A stretch of DNA of 64,000 nucleotides from Euglena gracilis (taxonomy: Eukaryota). The notes under the pieces are model-generated. The model had not been told where the DNA came from and did not search any database. It worked only from the letters and a program-made list of their open reading frames with translations. The stretch is from contig CP154954.1 in the NCBI GenBank assembly GCA_039621445.1, positions 25,308,954-25,372,953 on the forward strand, written 5' to 3'. Below are positions 13,301 through 26,508 of the stretch, piece by piece; position 1 is the stretch's first letter; each line of letters opens with the position of its first letter. The translations under genes were made by a program, and so were the position numbers.

Positions 13301-16300
13301 CCAGCCTGCCCAAACTTTCAGCCATTTCAGCACCCCTGGCCCAGGTGTCCTCGCAGGGGTGCTCGCAGGGACTGTTCAGAAAGGGTCAGTCCACCCCTGG
13401 GAAACTGTCTGTCTGTTACTGCTGACCTGTCATCATTAGAGGCTGTATCTGCTGAGATGTCTTCCATTAAGCTATTTTAAGAGTTTTCACATTTTTTTGT
13501 TAAAAAAACAATTTTCCCAAGTTGAAAAAAAGCTATTTCCATTTTTTTTGAAAGAATTTTTTAATATTTTGAAAATCACATTTTCGACTTTTTGTGTCGG
13601 CCAGGGTCAAAAGAATGGCAATTTTTATTTTCTTCGACCCGGACCCCCAGAAATCGCCCTCTGGTCCCCTGTCTTCAAAGGGACCTGTTTCCGACCTCTG
13701 TACTCGCTGATCAGTTTGTCAGTTTGTCAGATGTCAGTTCCCTGTAGGCGTGGGTACAAAATTTCGACTGGCTGCAGGGAGGGAAAACACAAACACGTAT
13801 TTTTGCCTTTTTTTTTGCTTTATTTTTGGCCATTTTCCTATTTTTTTGTTTGAAATTTTTGACTTTGAAGAAATCTTCATTTTTTTACCCCAATTTTCTT
13901 CTGGGACAAATAATTGCCAATTTTTCCATTTTTTGCATTTTTTTTGTCAACAACGGCATATTTTTATGCAAAATAAAAGTTTTCCTGGTGGAGGTGGAAA
14001 TTTTTCTAAGTGCTTTCCAGCAGAAAGTGCACATCCCGGGGAGCTCCTGAAGGATTTTACATATGCAACTTTTTTTTGCGTTCTTTTGTGTTTTTTTTTT
14101 TGGCGTCATCTGTTTTTGCGCCTGCGCGTTGCAAGCGTTTTTTTTTTTGGCGTCGCGCTCGCCAAATGTTCATGTTGCGTTCCCTCCCCCTGCAGGATGA
14201 GGTAGGGTGGCCAGGTTTTCAAAAGGTGGGTGGCTGCAGGGTTTCCCACAAATTCGTGTCGCAAAAAACCACAAATGATCACAAACCAGCCAAAATTTGG
14301 GACTTCCCAAATACATGTACGTAATACAATTACCTGACGAAGGGGGAAAATGGGTCGGAGGGAATTGGGTGCTTTTAGCAAGAAATTTGTGAGATTTGTT
14401 GAGTCGAAATTCTTCTGCGACCTTAGGATTAAGTTTCTCCACGACTTCTCTGAGGACCGATTTGGGATCAAGCATTCAACACAGGGTTGTCTTTTACGTT
14501 TTAGAAGTTCCCATCCCACCACATTCAACAATCCACATGATAAAGTACCAAATACCCCCCCGGGCGCTTGGCCCCCCTACTCCTTACATGCAATGCAAAC
14601 TTGTCACCCCCCAAAGCAAAGTTGGCCTTTAGCCTTTTGCACATGGCCGCCAGAATTCTTACCATACAAATTTGGCCACCCCTAAGGTTGGCCCCCGGCC
14701 TTCCCTTCAAACGTGGCTCGGGCCCACCGCACAGGGAGGGGGGAGGGGATTGCCCTTGTGTCAGCAAAACACAAACAATATCTGGTGTCCCGGGACCTCC
14801 GCCCGATGCATCGAAACAAACACGTCACTCCCAGGCTGGGCTGTACGGGATGCCCCGCAACAGATGGGTGTGTCGGCGGTGGGGGTTGACCACCTCCCCA
14901 CCCCCATTCCATCCTGGTGGTAGGGGGCGGATCCCTCCCACCAGGACTTCCTTTATTCCCGTTGCGCCAATTTTTAGGTCAGAATTGTCTTTTGGCGCCT
15001 TGGCGCCGAAGGAATTTTCTTTGAACGGGTGCCACGGTGGGCGGGAGTTGACCCCCCCCCGGCCTTCCCGTACAGCCCTGCCCCCCAGGGCAACCGCCTG
15101 CAGGTGCTTCTTCCCTTGACCCTCCCTTCAGAGACAACCGATGGGCTGCGCCACCTCATGCCCCAGCGCCCCCGGCCCTGCGGAGGCCTCCCCGGCTCCC
15201 CCAGTCGCCGACGGCCCCACGCGGCCCCGCCTCCCGACCCGGCGGAACAACGAGGGACGCGCCCAGGGACCGGAGGAGAGCGGAGGCCGGTGGGGGCGAT
15301 GGTGCCGGAGGAAGCCGGGCGGGAACGGGAGGGGGGGGGGCCTCGCATTTGGCGCTGTGGTTTGATCTGTGTCGGGCCAGCGGCCGGGCCGGCCCGCCTC
15401 CCCCGGCGCGCTGTCCGCCGACAGCCTCGGCGACGGCTCCGGCGACTCCGCCTTTTGCCGGCGCGCCTCCGCCCAGAGTGGGCGATCAACAAAGCTGCAC
15501 ACGGCCTCGTTCGACGGGCTGGAGCAGGTGGTGGAGTAGCCCGGCCAGGTCCCCAGACCGAATGCCTCTGGGGACCAGAGGCATTCGGTCCCCAGTGGGC
15601 AAGGTCGGCACCACCCTCCCCTCGATACAACTTGCATTCCCTCCCCCAACAGTTTGCGTATTTTTTTTGGCAAAAACCTGTTTTGTTGAAGGTTGGTCGC
15701 TGTTGTGAGGTTGTGTGCTGAAACAAGCTCGCTTTCAGTGTCAGGGTAAATGCTGAGGTGGCAATTCTGACACAATTTTGCCCTAAAAGTGCCCAAAATG
15801 GCATTTCAAGTCGGTTGGGTGGGGGGGGAAGGATTTTGTTGCCTGGCACCTCGGGCCGGACCAGAAATGATCTATTTTGGCTGCGCCACTGCTTAGAGGC
15901 AGGGAGGGTGCCCCCCCTTGACTTGGAGGAGAGGTATCTGACCTCCCTCCATTGTTGCACTGTGAGAACAATGTGAGCACATTGCACCTTTGGGCACCAT
16001 GCGGCCATCGAACCCTGTCACCCCCAGGGTTCGATACAATATTCCCTCCCCCTTGTCCTTGACACGGCTGGCCCATGACACCGCCCCATATCAACCGCAT
16101 TCTTCCCGCACCCAAAATACCAGGCACAGTGGGCATGGCACGGTGTGTCCATGTCACACCGCCCCGTGCCAACCTGCATTTCATTCCTCGATTGAAAATC
16201 ATGTAAGTTGCCGGCCATTTTTCAGCTCATTTCTGAAAACGTCCTCATATCCAAACTCATTTCTACATCTTTCTATACATTGTTATATTTTTGGTGTAGC

Positions 16301-18679
16301 ATAAGTATTTTCAATTTCAAAGGCCCACCTATTTGCCCAAAACTGCGACCGAAGAGGGGTTCCTTTTCCAATGTCTTAATTTTATAAAATGTTTCCACCC
16401 TTGCACGACTTCGCAAATGGTCCATTAAACAAATTTTCAAAAGTGAATGGTGAAAAAAAAATTTAGGAAAGAAAGGTGCTCTTGCAATCTTTTTATTTTC
16501 ACATATTTTTTGTTTGGATTGGATTACACAATGTGCCTTTCCAAAAATAACATTTCGAATGGAATGAATTTTGAAAGGAAATTTGATAGTCTCTTTTTTT
16601 TGGTTTTTTTTTTCGGGACAGCCATGCAGGCTTTGTTTCTGACGCAGGTGCTGACATGAGTGTGGAATCAAACTCTTCCCGATGCGGCATTTCATTTAAG
16701 TTTTTCATTCATTTTATGCGTTCCGTGGAAAATGAATGGACGTCGCACTGTAAAAGAAATATTTTTTCCAATTATTCATATTTTAAATTGTTTTGTTTTC
16801 CCGACAAACAGCATTCTGTGGTGTGCTTTTGTGTGTGCGTTCGTGCGTTACCGCCTGCCTGTCCCATCAACCTCCGTGTGCTTCTCTTCTGGAGGAGATG
16901 GTCCATTCCCCGGTGGCCCAGGGTCAGCCTCCGCCAAAGTAGTGGCGGAACGCCGTAACCTTTGTCCTCCCAGCGGAGCCCCGGCTCCCCTGCACCAAGG
17001 GGTTCCGCGACCTCCCATTTGCGTTTGCCAGAGTTGCTGCCGTGCGCTTTGCTTCCAAAAACCTTGCGGGCTATTGAGTGTGTATGTGTATGATTTTTTT
17101 TATGGCCTGTTTGCCCCTGTTCATTGCCACGCCTCAGTGTTCAGGGAGGTAATTGAGATATGGATCATAGAGCCGAACATCCAAAACATTTTCCATCGAC
17201 CATTCTGCATTCCTGATGATGCACCCACACACTGAAGCAATGGCGAAAAAGTGCGGAAAGAATTGGAAGAATTGGAAGAACGCATGTGGACGTCGCTGAT
17301 TCCCATGGCCGATGGCAATGTCCTTTCTGGACATGGTCACAGGGTTGCTTCCTGACTTTGCACACATGCAAATCGGCCCTGGTCGGCCCTGGTCGGCCGT
17401 AGGTTCCTGAGCGGGGCATCCACTTGCTGCCGGTGGCGGGTGGGCGAGCGCAGTGCCACGTGGGAAAGGAGGCAGCGCAAGTCAAAAGCAGAGCCCAACT
17501 AAAAAAAAAGCAGTCAGTGACTGCAAAAGGGGATCAGTCAGTCACTCTTCCACCTGTGGGGAAGTGAATACCAGCAATGTTCCAACGTTGTATGTGATTG
17601 TATGGCCTGGGACGATGCGGCTGGCATGTGGCGGCGGTCGGGGTTCGACCCACTTCTGCGGGACGTGCACCGCAGCGGAAGGGAGGGGGGCTGCTCTCCC
17701 AGACCCCACTGCAACCCTGCCTTGGCCGACCGAAGGGGAATGGATGAAGGAATTCGGCAGCTTTCCCTCTGGAACAAGCACCTCTGATGATGCTGGGCGA
17801 TGCTGGGTGATGCGGATTTTTGGAGACCATAGGTGGGGTTCCGATGCTGGGCGATGCAGGGCGATGCTGGGCGATGCTGGTTGATGCTGGCATTTTTTTT
17901 GTATATTTTGAAGAATTAAACCCATTTTTGGATAATTTTCTCACAAATCTCCAGTTTTACACCCATTTTGGCCGTTATGGATCAGTTTTTGCTATTTTTG
18001 GCAAATATTGGGCTAATTTGGGTCAATCTGAGCATTTTTTATGGCATTTTGGCCATTTTGCGCCCTTTGGTAATTTTGGGTCATTTTTCACAAATCTTTT
18101 GTGGATTTTGTTGGCGTTTTTGGGTAATTTTTGGTTATTTCAAGCCATTTTAGGTCATTTTGGTTGCTTTTAGGGAGCCAATGGAGGCCTTATGGGGCAT
18201 TTCCTTTTGATCTTGGCGAGACAATTCAGACAAATCATTGCATCCCTTCACATTTTTTCTGTGACGGACACCCCCACCTACGACCGACTATTTGCCTACC
18301 AGGGCCGACCAGGGCCGACCAGAGCACCAAAATGGGAAGTGACCATAGGTGCCTGGCCCCGCCCCCACTGCCCTCGACGGCTGCGTTCTGCCACGGGTGC
18401 AGTGCTTGCTCCGAGGAGGCCTTGGACTGCTGCTGGCAGGCTCGATGGCCCGGGCTGCTGTCCCCCCCCCCCGTTTGAGGGGAACCCCCACCCCCTGGCC
18501 ACCTCCAGACCAAGCACCTCCAGCGACAAATCCCGACGATTTCGTCAAGGTTTTCACAGCATGGAAGAGACTGGGTTGTGGTCCGGCCAACCACGACAAT
18601 GACGAATCAAACCTAATCTAAACTGAGTGTAAATACACATAAAAAAAAAAGGGTTGAAGAGAGAATTTTGAAATCGCTC

Positions 18680-20170
18680 CTGTGAAACCTTTTGGATGTG
18701 CAGCATATACAGTCTGTCTCTGTGGCTTTTCCCCTGAGAGTTTTGTTTCTTTCCCTTCATTGGAATTTCTTTGTGGTTCTTTAAATGGGCCCATCCTGTT
18801 TCTGTAAGACTAATCGGCCACCAAAATCCTCCATTGTTCGCGAACCTGGAAACTGGAAAAGCTCAGGGGATCCCAGAGGTGCAAGTGCAGCATGCACTCT
18901 TGCGGTATTGCCTTGGCGGATGCCGGGTGGTGCACCTCCTCCGTTCAACGGAGAGAGCAAGCGCAGGGGACTCCCGCTCATCCTCAGGTCACGACTGCAA
19001 GAAGCCGTATAAGATCTCCTCGAAATGGGAATCACTGAGAGCACGTGGGATCAGGTATCCTTGCCCATCCGCAGGGGGGGGGGGGAAACTGCACACGGGC
19101 CAGTCAAAAACTGCACTGCAAAAAACTGCAAAAAAACTGCAAAAAAAACTGCACTTCAACAAAAAATAACAATATGCAAGCCAAAATGGTGTGCATATGC
19201 AAACTCGCAAATCAAATCACAAAATTGCACTGCCCCCGAGAGCACATGAAGGGGGAGGAAGGGACACCGAGGGCGAAACAAAAAGCCAATGTGAGGTCAT
19301 GCCTTTTTGCCGGCTGTCTTTGATGGAGTACAAGAAGCACTTGACGTAACCTTGCAGGGACGCCGCCACCATGGCGGCGCCAATGAGGCGCTCAATACCC
19401 GCCGCGCATTTCGTGGTACTCCAATTCGGCTCGCACTTGTGGGCTTTGTTGATGAAACTCCACCACATCCACATTTGCCCCCAATAAGGCGACTGCGACC
19501 TCTGGCGATAAGAACAGCTCATTCACATCAGTTGGACTTCTGTCTCATCTCCGCTTGTTAGAAATAAAGTGAACAAATGAAAACCCATAAATATTGAACT
19601 CTGGCTTCTTCTGGTAGACGGGGCGCTCCTGTGTTGAAGACGCAGCAGCAACTTCACTATCACTCCTTTTTCGTTTTAAAAAAAATGTTCACAGTTTCCC
19701 ACGGGAAAACGAGAACGTTACACGATTCCAACAGGGAAAGGTTTAACGTTCACGGGTCCCTCATGGGGTACCCGTGAACGTTACAGCCCCCGATTGACGT
19801 GCTCCCCTCTGTCACCCATAACAGCATGGCAATTATGTCGAGGTTCCGACCAGGCAGAATTTTAACGTGAGGTCGTCCCCACTTTGGGGGACCTGCTTGG
19901 ACGGGCACTCCAACACGCACACCAACAGCCCCCACGTGGGAGTACGACATGGCAAACATTGCCTGGGCTTGGTCCAGGCACTCTTGTGCCAGAGCCACCG
20001 CGAATAAATAATTTGTTTGTGGCAATTTTCCACCCAAACCTAGGCAGGCACGATCCCCCAAAAGTAATTCCTGTGCTTTGAGGCTCCTGCTCTCTTTGGA
20101 TTGGTCAAATTCAGCCTGACTCCAAGAGCCATGGACCTCTCATCAGTTGCAGCATACAGCGGTTGGACCG
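18680..20170 (-). pseudogene. Second, distinct RNase H + tyrosine recombinase relic
   Basis: Minus strand: LYAATDERSMALGV, NYLFAVALAQECL and DIIAMLLWVTEGSTS (RNase H-like). Then YWGQMWMWWSFINKAHKCEPNWSTTKCAAGIERLIGAAMVAASLQGYVKCFLYSIK (integrase SAM-like N-terminus). An AAAACTGC-rich insert interrupts it at ~19072-19236. Confidence 0.45.
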
Positions 20171-20182
20171 GTTCTTGGTGTG

Positions 20183-21632
20183 TGTGTTATCCCCCACTTA
20201 CAACCTCCCCCTATTTTAAATCATTTTATAAATCCCCGCGAGCAGACCGACCAAACCTGGATCATAATCCCCCGGAAAAGACACCGCAGACGAAACCTCC
20301 CAAAACCAATTTTATGTGACTACCCATCCTCAAAAGTGCCATTTTTTTGACAAATTTTGCCTGAATTTGCTGATTTGGGAGGTTTGGTGTCATTTTGGGA
20401 GGTTGTATTTTCAACAACAATTCTTTGGTTTATAACCAGGTTTTGTCTAGCGTTGAGCTCTTTCCCTGCCTGATGGTGCCAAGCAACCCGGCCCAGCCTG
20501 GTGACCCGGCCCAACCTGGTGCGGCCAGCGGCTCGGCATAGGTGCGCAGCTGGCCATGGAGGTCTATTCGAGACGATGGACGTTCCCCAGGGCTTCATTT
20601 TTGGTCCCCAGTGATTTGCTTTCATTCCCCATCATTTTTTGAGGTATTTCCAAGTTTTGCTTTTTTTTTTGACTCCGAAATGGCCCCAAAAGCAAACCAA
20701 AACATACAGTATTTGGAACGAAACACCCTTAAAATAACAACTCGGACTTACGAGGCAATCAAAAATACTTTTACCTTTAAAAATGTGCGTTCTAGGGGCT
20801 TTGTTTTTGGCCTTTGTTTTTGCTTCATTGCCAGAACGGCGAATGGGTGGCGATGTAGGTTCTCCGGCGACACACTTGGTCTGATGTACATTTTCTCGAT
20901 ATTTTTTTTAAATTGATCCTTTGACCGAAAATCTTCCCCGGCGAAATGGCAGAGGCGGAATTTGGGGGGGGGGCAAATCCTCCAGTTTAAGCCCCTGATC
21001 GGATGAATAATTTGGGCATGGCGGGGAGTTAGGGTCAAACAAAGGGGATTTGGAAAGCCAGGATCCTGTCGCTTGTGACCGGAAAAAAATTCTGGGAACT
21101 GGTCCGGGTTCATGGTGATAATCCATGGGTTGCATAAACCTTTTCGTTGGTGGTAAGCTCTGTTCTTCCTTCAAAAGAGATATGGGCCAAACGACCCCCC
21201 TCCGTGTATACCCTCCTTCGGCTTACCAAACCAGCCAGACCTTATAACCCCCCCACTTATAAACCCCCCTGGGTTTATAGGATCTTAAATCTAGGAGGTT
21301 TATAGGTTTGTTTGGTCAGCCGAAGGGGGGGGGGGTTATAGGTGGGGGTTTTATAGGTCCCGGAATTGTTGGTGAAAATCCGACCCCCCAAATGGCCCCG
21401 AAGCCGCCCAAAATTGGCATTTTTGGCAAAGTTGGTCAAAAAAATGCATTTTTGATGATGGTCGGTTTCAAAAAGTTGCCAAAAAGCAGTTTTTGTGTGG
21501 TTTGCGGCAGAAAAAAAACCTCCTTGGCGGCTTTCGTTTTTCTTCCCTGGGGGGGGTTATAGGATCTGGTTTTTTTGTTCGGCTCGAGGGGGGTTTATAA
21601 GTGGGGGTTTTTATAAGTGGGGGGCTTTACAC
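20183..21632. mobile_element. Probable non-autonomous TIR element with CCCCCACTTATAA subterminal repeats
   Basis: TGTGTTATCCCCCACTTACAACC at the left is inverted relative to TTATAAGTGGGGGGCTTTACACG at the right. More motif copies lie at 21240-21270 and 21590-21665. TSD is not clear. Confidence 0.5.
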
Positions 21633-21845
21633 GTGGGGGGGTTTAAGCCCCGGTGTTTATAAGTGGAATTGTGGGTAGTTTTTCGATAATTCAAGTTCAT
21701 TGGGCGTCGTGGCTGTGCAATCCGGATCGACGTTTTTTTGGTTCAGTGTTTTTTTGATGGGTTGAATCCACATCGATGCTGTTGCCTGGACTGCGCCACC
21801 TCCGCAGAAACCCCGGCCCCCCTAATGCGCACCGCCTCAGCCTAG

Positions 21846-22740
21846 GCTTACACTGCTTCTCGCAGCGACGCTTCCTGCCCCCTGCATGACGTTCCGTCTG
21901 TGGTTGGGTGCAGGGGCCCTACACCTGTATATGGGTGACGTGCTCGTCCCTCGTATTCATTCATTAATACACCACACATGGTATGTCCCTCACGTGCCCA
22001 ATTTCTGCAATTGACCATTGTTTTGCAGAACTCTTGTTGACCGACAGCACAACTGGTGTGTGGTGTGGTGTAGTTATGCATTGTGCAGCATTCATGTAGT
22101 TATGCATTGTGCAGGATTCAAATCACGCAGAAATCACAACCTCACACCCCTCCCGATGCAGAACATGAGTCATAACATTGTTTCAGAATATCCAGCTGCA
22201 AATGTTTAGCATGCAGGTCAGTGAGTGGGCAACAGCAAGGATTCCTCTCTCGGAGTCTGTGAGGCAAGCCTTCCTTCCCAAGCAGATTGAATTCACAAAA
22301 ACGAAACACTTGGCCGGATGCTAAGTTTCGCTAAAATGCCAAAAGGGTTGTCCGGCTTGTGAGGCTTTTTGGGTTCGGGCATCAACACAAAACCACCAAA
22401 CAATCTTCATTAAAACCCAGGAGTGAGTGGCCCCACCAAGCTTAATGAATGTGTGGTTGAGTGCCATGGTTTGAAGGCAGTCAACCCTCCCCAGACTTTG
22501 CTTGGGCCACACTTAAGGGCTAACTTGGGGGAAACATTTACATGTCAGAGGGGCAAACAGCCCTGAAAGTGAACGTTGTCCGCCCTACGGCTTGGCATTG
22601 TGGTGCTCTTGGTGTGTCTTCTTCGGCTGTGCCATCCTCCATCGGTGCATCAATTGGGACGCCCAACGCCGTGATGCCCTTTGGTCCTCCAAAGGGAATC
22701 ACGGGCATTTGCCGCCCCAAGTGGTCTTCTGCCAAACCAC
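21846..22740 (-). pseudogene. Possible CRE-like non-LTR relic (post-RT GITALGVPI motif plus RLE-proximal segment)
   Basis: KGITALGVPIDAP in ORF 22538-22735. The downstream segment is shared with 672-850. Confidence 0.35.
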
Positions 22741-23159
22741 CAAACCACCCGGTAGAGGGGGCAGGGTGGGCGGGTCCGCCAGACGCTCTCCCGGCCTGAC
22801 ACCTCTCACTGCCTCACACTGCCTGGGGGCACCCCCAAGAGCCCCGTACATATATAAGGGCCCCGTACGAGGCGGGGCTTTTCTCGGGTTTTCGCATTTT
22901 TTTTGCCCTAAAAGTGGGTCCCCTAGATACTGAAATGACTCGTGATCAAAAACCATATGGCATAAACTTGATAAATATGCTCCTTTTTAAAAAACACTTT
23001 TTGTTTCAGAATGAGGTAACATGAGACAGCAAGCCGAAAACCATCAAAAAAATCCGCCACCTCTCCCAAGGCACTGAAATACTGCTATTGCTACAGCAAA
23101 TGCACCGTTGAAACAGGGCAATAGGGTGGTTCAACAGTGCGCTTTACATGACGCTGTTC

Positions 23160-23820
23160 TTCACAACAAATGCCGGGTGGTGTCCCAGAAAGGCGTCCTT
23201 GACTTGGGAGTGGGTGGCAAATGCATTCTGTGCTTTGGACAAGGGATAACCAATTTATAACTCACAACGTTTTCCTAAGCTTTCCCCCTAACAGATTTTG
23301 TCACCAGCGACCAACCCTGCCGGAGGCGGACCATGGGGAAGCGTTGGTTGAGTGGTGGATTCTCATATTTCCCAATATTTCAGCCCCCGGGGGGACCCGC
23401 CCCCCAGGGATCCGGGGTGGTCGAATCAGCTGCCCGCAGTGATTCCCCACACCGTTTTGGTCACGAGGGACATCACTGCCTGCCCATTTTCTCTTGAACC
23501 TGATGGGGAAAGGGAGACAGAGAATGTTTTATGAGTTGAATTTTACGAGTTGAATGCCCAAATGATGCGCCAGTGGTTCTTTGTGCAAAGTTAGCGGCGA
23601 GGGGCCATTTGGAGAAACATTTCGTGAATCTCAGCTTCCAGTCATGGGTCAAGTCATTTCAACAGGGTGGGGGGGACGCCGCAACCATTGTGTTTCGCTG
23701 GCGGACCCATATGGCGAGATGGGGACCCCGGCACTGGCTGACCCACAACACGCCCGTCTCAAACCGCTGGCATGTGACTCATATGGTGGTTGCTACTCTC
23801 CACCGGAGACGTTTCCCAAG
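23160..23820 (+). pseudogene. Possible LINE 3' relic
   Basis: GKCILCFGQG and (frameshift) THNVFLSF suggest a decayed CCHC knuckle. Confidence 0.25.
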
Positions 23821-24664
23821 GGGGTTGTCCTTTTTTTTGTCCCCGGTTCACTCATCGGCTACCTGGGGCCAGCCTTAATTTTTTTCAGGAGTTTTGCCCA
23901 CTGTCTATGGTTGGTGGGTTGGTTGTACTTTTTTTTGCGGGAGACCCACCCAGGGGGGGTTTGAAGATTCAGGGTTGCAAAAATTTTGGGTGGGCTTTCG
24001 GTGGCCCCTGGGGAGCCCGAGCTCGAGCTCGAGCTCGAGGCACGGACCTCTGGGCTGATGAACAGATGGAGGTGGGACTTGATTAACCTTGCCCCCTGCC
24101 CGTCCGCCTTCGCAGTCGGTACCCAGAAATATTTCGGGTCCCCTACCCCCCACTCGACATTTACGCTCAGAATGCTGAGCAACGTAGGAAAGGGTGCATG
24201 GGAAAGCTGGCATACAAACGTATTTCCGCCAGACCCTTCACTTTGCATAGCCCCCCATGGAATTTTTGGGCGAGGGTGGGTGGTGGCCTGCCTCGTGGAA
24301 ATGCCCCTTCCCTGCTGAGGGCGTCGCCAGTTGAAGTTTGGATCCCTCTCCGCGGCTTTCGACCGGGAGGCCCTCCTCAGGGTGCCTCGCCGCCGTCACC
24401 GCCGTGGACGGGGTCTCTTCTGCCACCTATGACAGCCCGTGGCCGGCGTCTGCAGCAAAATATTGCGTTAACCGTATTCCATTTGTGTATTTGTTGATTT
24501 TCAAGGGGGGATTGGAGGTGTGTAATTAGAGGTTCTGAGATAATTCATATCTATACATGCCCGGGTTTTAGCTGGTTTCCAGGTTTGCCAGCTTTTGGTA
24601 TAATTTGATTTATTTCTTCCATTTTCCCAGTGTTTCAAGTATTTGACATATTTAACCAGGGCGG

Positions 24665-25625
24665 TCCATAAGGGACGGGATTTTTTTTTAGTTAAGGACC
24701 GCCCCCTTATATAAAAAAAGCCAGTTTTTTTAAAAAAAAAACATGTTTTTTTTAAAAAAAACTTTTTTTAAAAAAAGTGCTTTATATTTTAACATATTTT
24801 TTAAAAAAAAGCCTGTTGTTTTTAAAAAAACATGTTTTTTTAAAAAATGCTTTTAAAAAAACACAACAACAAAACGTCTGGAAAAACCAAAAAATCGTCA
24901 CTTTTTGAAGACCAAAAAAATGATTTTAGAATTTTTTCCTCAATAAATGGCCATTTCGCAAGGAAGAATCAACATTTTCTCAAAATTTTGATTTTGAGAG
25001 GTTTTTGAAGCAAAAAAAAAATGCCATTGACAATCCAAAAAAATTGACAGAGAAAAATTGTCAGCAAATTTGATTGTTCCAAAATTTGGTCCACTTTTTT
25101 GACCTTCGTTATTTTCCACCCCCTTCCTAAAACTACCAAATTTAACCCTGAAATCTTTGAGATTTTTTGTTAAAAAATGTGGCTTTCCATCAAAAAATCA
25201 CCAATTTTTCGGCTTCCAATTTTGTCGGTTCAATTTTTATCTAGCCCCAATTCCCCCCCCCCCCCTGGTAATTTGGGTTCATTGTCAATTTTTTTTCAGC
25301 CCAAATCCCCCGTTTTCCCGAAATTGGTGAAAATGACCCCCCCCAAACCCCATTTTTTTCCAAGGGAATAAAATTTGAATGTTCCAAAATTTGGTCCCAT
25401 TTTTTTTGACCTGCATTTTTTGACCCCCCTCCTAAAAACTAACAATTTTCAACCCTAAATTTTTAGAGTTTTTTTTGGGAAGAATGTGATTTTCCATCAA
25501 AAAAAACCATGTATTTTGGTTCATTTTTCAAAAAAATTCAAAAAAATTCCCCGGCCAAAATCCTCTTTTCTTATTTTTTGGTTGAAGTGTATGGACGGGT
25601 TTTTTTTTTGCTTAAGGACCGACCT
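24665..25625. repeat. A/T-tract-rich repeat region with short direct repeats at its edges and an internal duplication
   Basis: GGACGGG.TTTTTTTT..TTAAGGACCG at ~24673 and ~25593. Palindromic TTAAAAAAACATGTTTTTTTAA units at 24730-24845. TGTTCCAAAATTTGGTCC.. is duplicated at ~25075 and ~25380. Confidence 0.6.
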
Positions 25626-26026
25626 GTATTTAACTACCCTGATTAGTTTAACCATCCTGATTGATGAATGGCAAGAGAGTTAACAAAATCAAAAAAAATG
25701 AAACAATGGAGTCTGTTTTGATCCACAAGGCAAGCTGTGTGGCTGGCCGATCCATTTTTGCCGCCAATGCTACTGGTCTGCCACCCCGTCCATGCGCACC
25801 TGCTGCAGGCGACACCTCCCCCTGTCTCCCCACGTCGTGATCTTCTCCCCCCGTGCCCCCCCCCCCTGTGTGCTCTTCACCTGTGCCAGGTAGCAGGGCA
25901 TGCAGTGTGGTGGCTTCTGTGCGATGTTCATTTGCGACGCATGATGCCGCACCTCAGGTTCCCGAAGTTGCACTTTTTCTCTTCTTGGGAAAAAGTCTCC
26001 AGACGGAGACTTTTTCCCAACACAAG

Positions 26027-26508
26027 CAGGGGGGGAAAATTGATATCCGCAATTTTTCCGCAATTTCCGCAATTTTCCGCAATTTCCGCAATTTTCCGCA
26101 ATTTACCGCAATTTTCCGCAATTTCCGCAATTTTCCGCGATTTTTTCACCATTTTTTTGAATAATTATGCTTTAATATTTTTCCCCCACCACCGAAGATG
26201 GAAGATGCAATGAGTTCAAGCCATTCTTCAAATGGATCAACAGGTGTGCTATTGTGTTTTGTTGTCCCCCCCCAGTTTACCAATTTTTCTCACAGGTGCA
26301 CCACTGGTCACAGGATTGGGTGCGTCCCACCTGTGCTAAGGACATCAAGCGTGTTGATTTGTGCTCGCCTCCATCGACGTGGGTGTTGCGGTGTTCTGAA
26401 CCTCACAATTGAAAATTTTCCGCAATTTTTCCGCAACTTCCGCAATTTTCCCGCAATTTTTCCGCAATTTTTCCGAAGGCCTCCGATATCAATTCCCACC
26501 CCCCCCTG
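26027..26508. mobile_element. MITE with CAGGGG/CCCCTG termini, apparent 6-bp TSD and TTTCCGCAA arrays
   Basis: TIRs CAGGGGGGGAAAATTGATATCCG / CCGATATCAATTCCCACCCCCCCCTG. CACAAG on both sides (26021-26 and 26509-14). Tandem TTTCCGCAA arrays at 26046-26140 and 26416-26475. Confidence 0.8.

Larger units (their letters stand above)
4000..14560 (-). pseudogene. Heavily decayed tyrosine-recombinase retrotransposon (DIRS/Ngaro-like; RT-RNaseH-YR), copy A, split by insertions
   Basis: Minus-strand fragments in the expected order: ..LGIARRDME..AVNWKK (RT region ending N.KK, ~13140-13270); IPIKEKNLLAV..L (RNase H I..KE..AV, ~12250-12285); YR N-terminal-like segment at ~11750-11830; MVQTSKSD and KHYHLRR (possible YR K and HxxR, ~4010-4420). 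All weak and frameshifted. Confidence 0.42.
1560..17200. repeat. Block A of a large diverged duplication
   Basis: Approximate matches: 1560-3300 with 44000-45660; 3330-4830 with 48690-49760; 5810-7045 with 40070-41200 and 49780-50905; 10530-11700 with 42255-43495 and partly 50930-51570; 11700-15537 with 51570-55247; 16745-17060 with 60988-61320; 16318-16670 with 61387-61730. Confidence 0.9.

Noticed and set aside
14974-16008. 344-aa and overlapping GC-rich ORFs (also 54310-55302)
   Set aside because: Open in multiple frames because of high GC, and indels between the two paralogs shift the frames. No recognisable domain.
17620-17665. GGTTCGA T-loop-like motifs (also ~16028, ~35389) as tRNA or SINE
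   Set aside because: No cloverleaf or correctly spaced A-box could be built.
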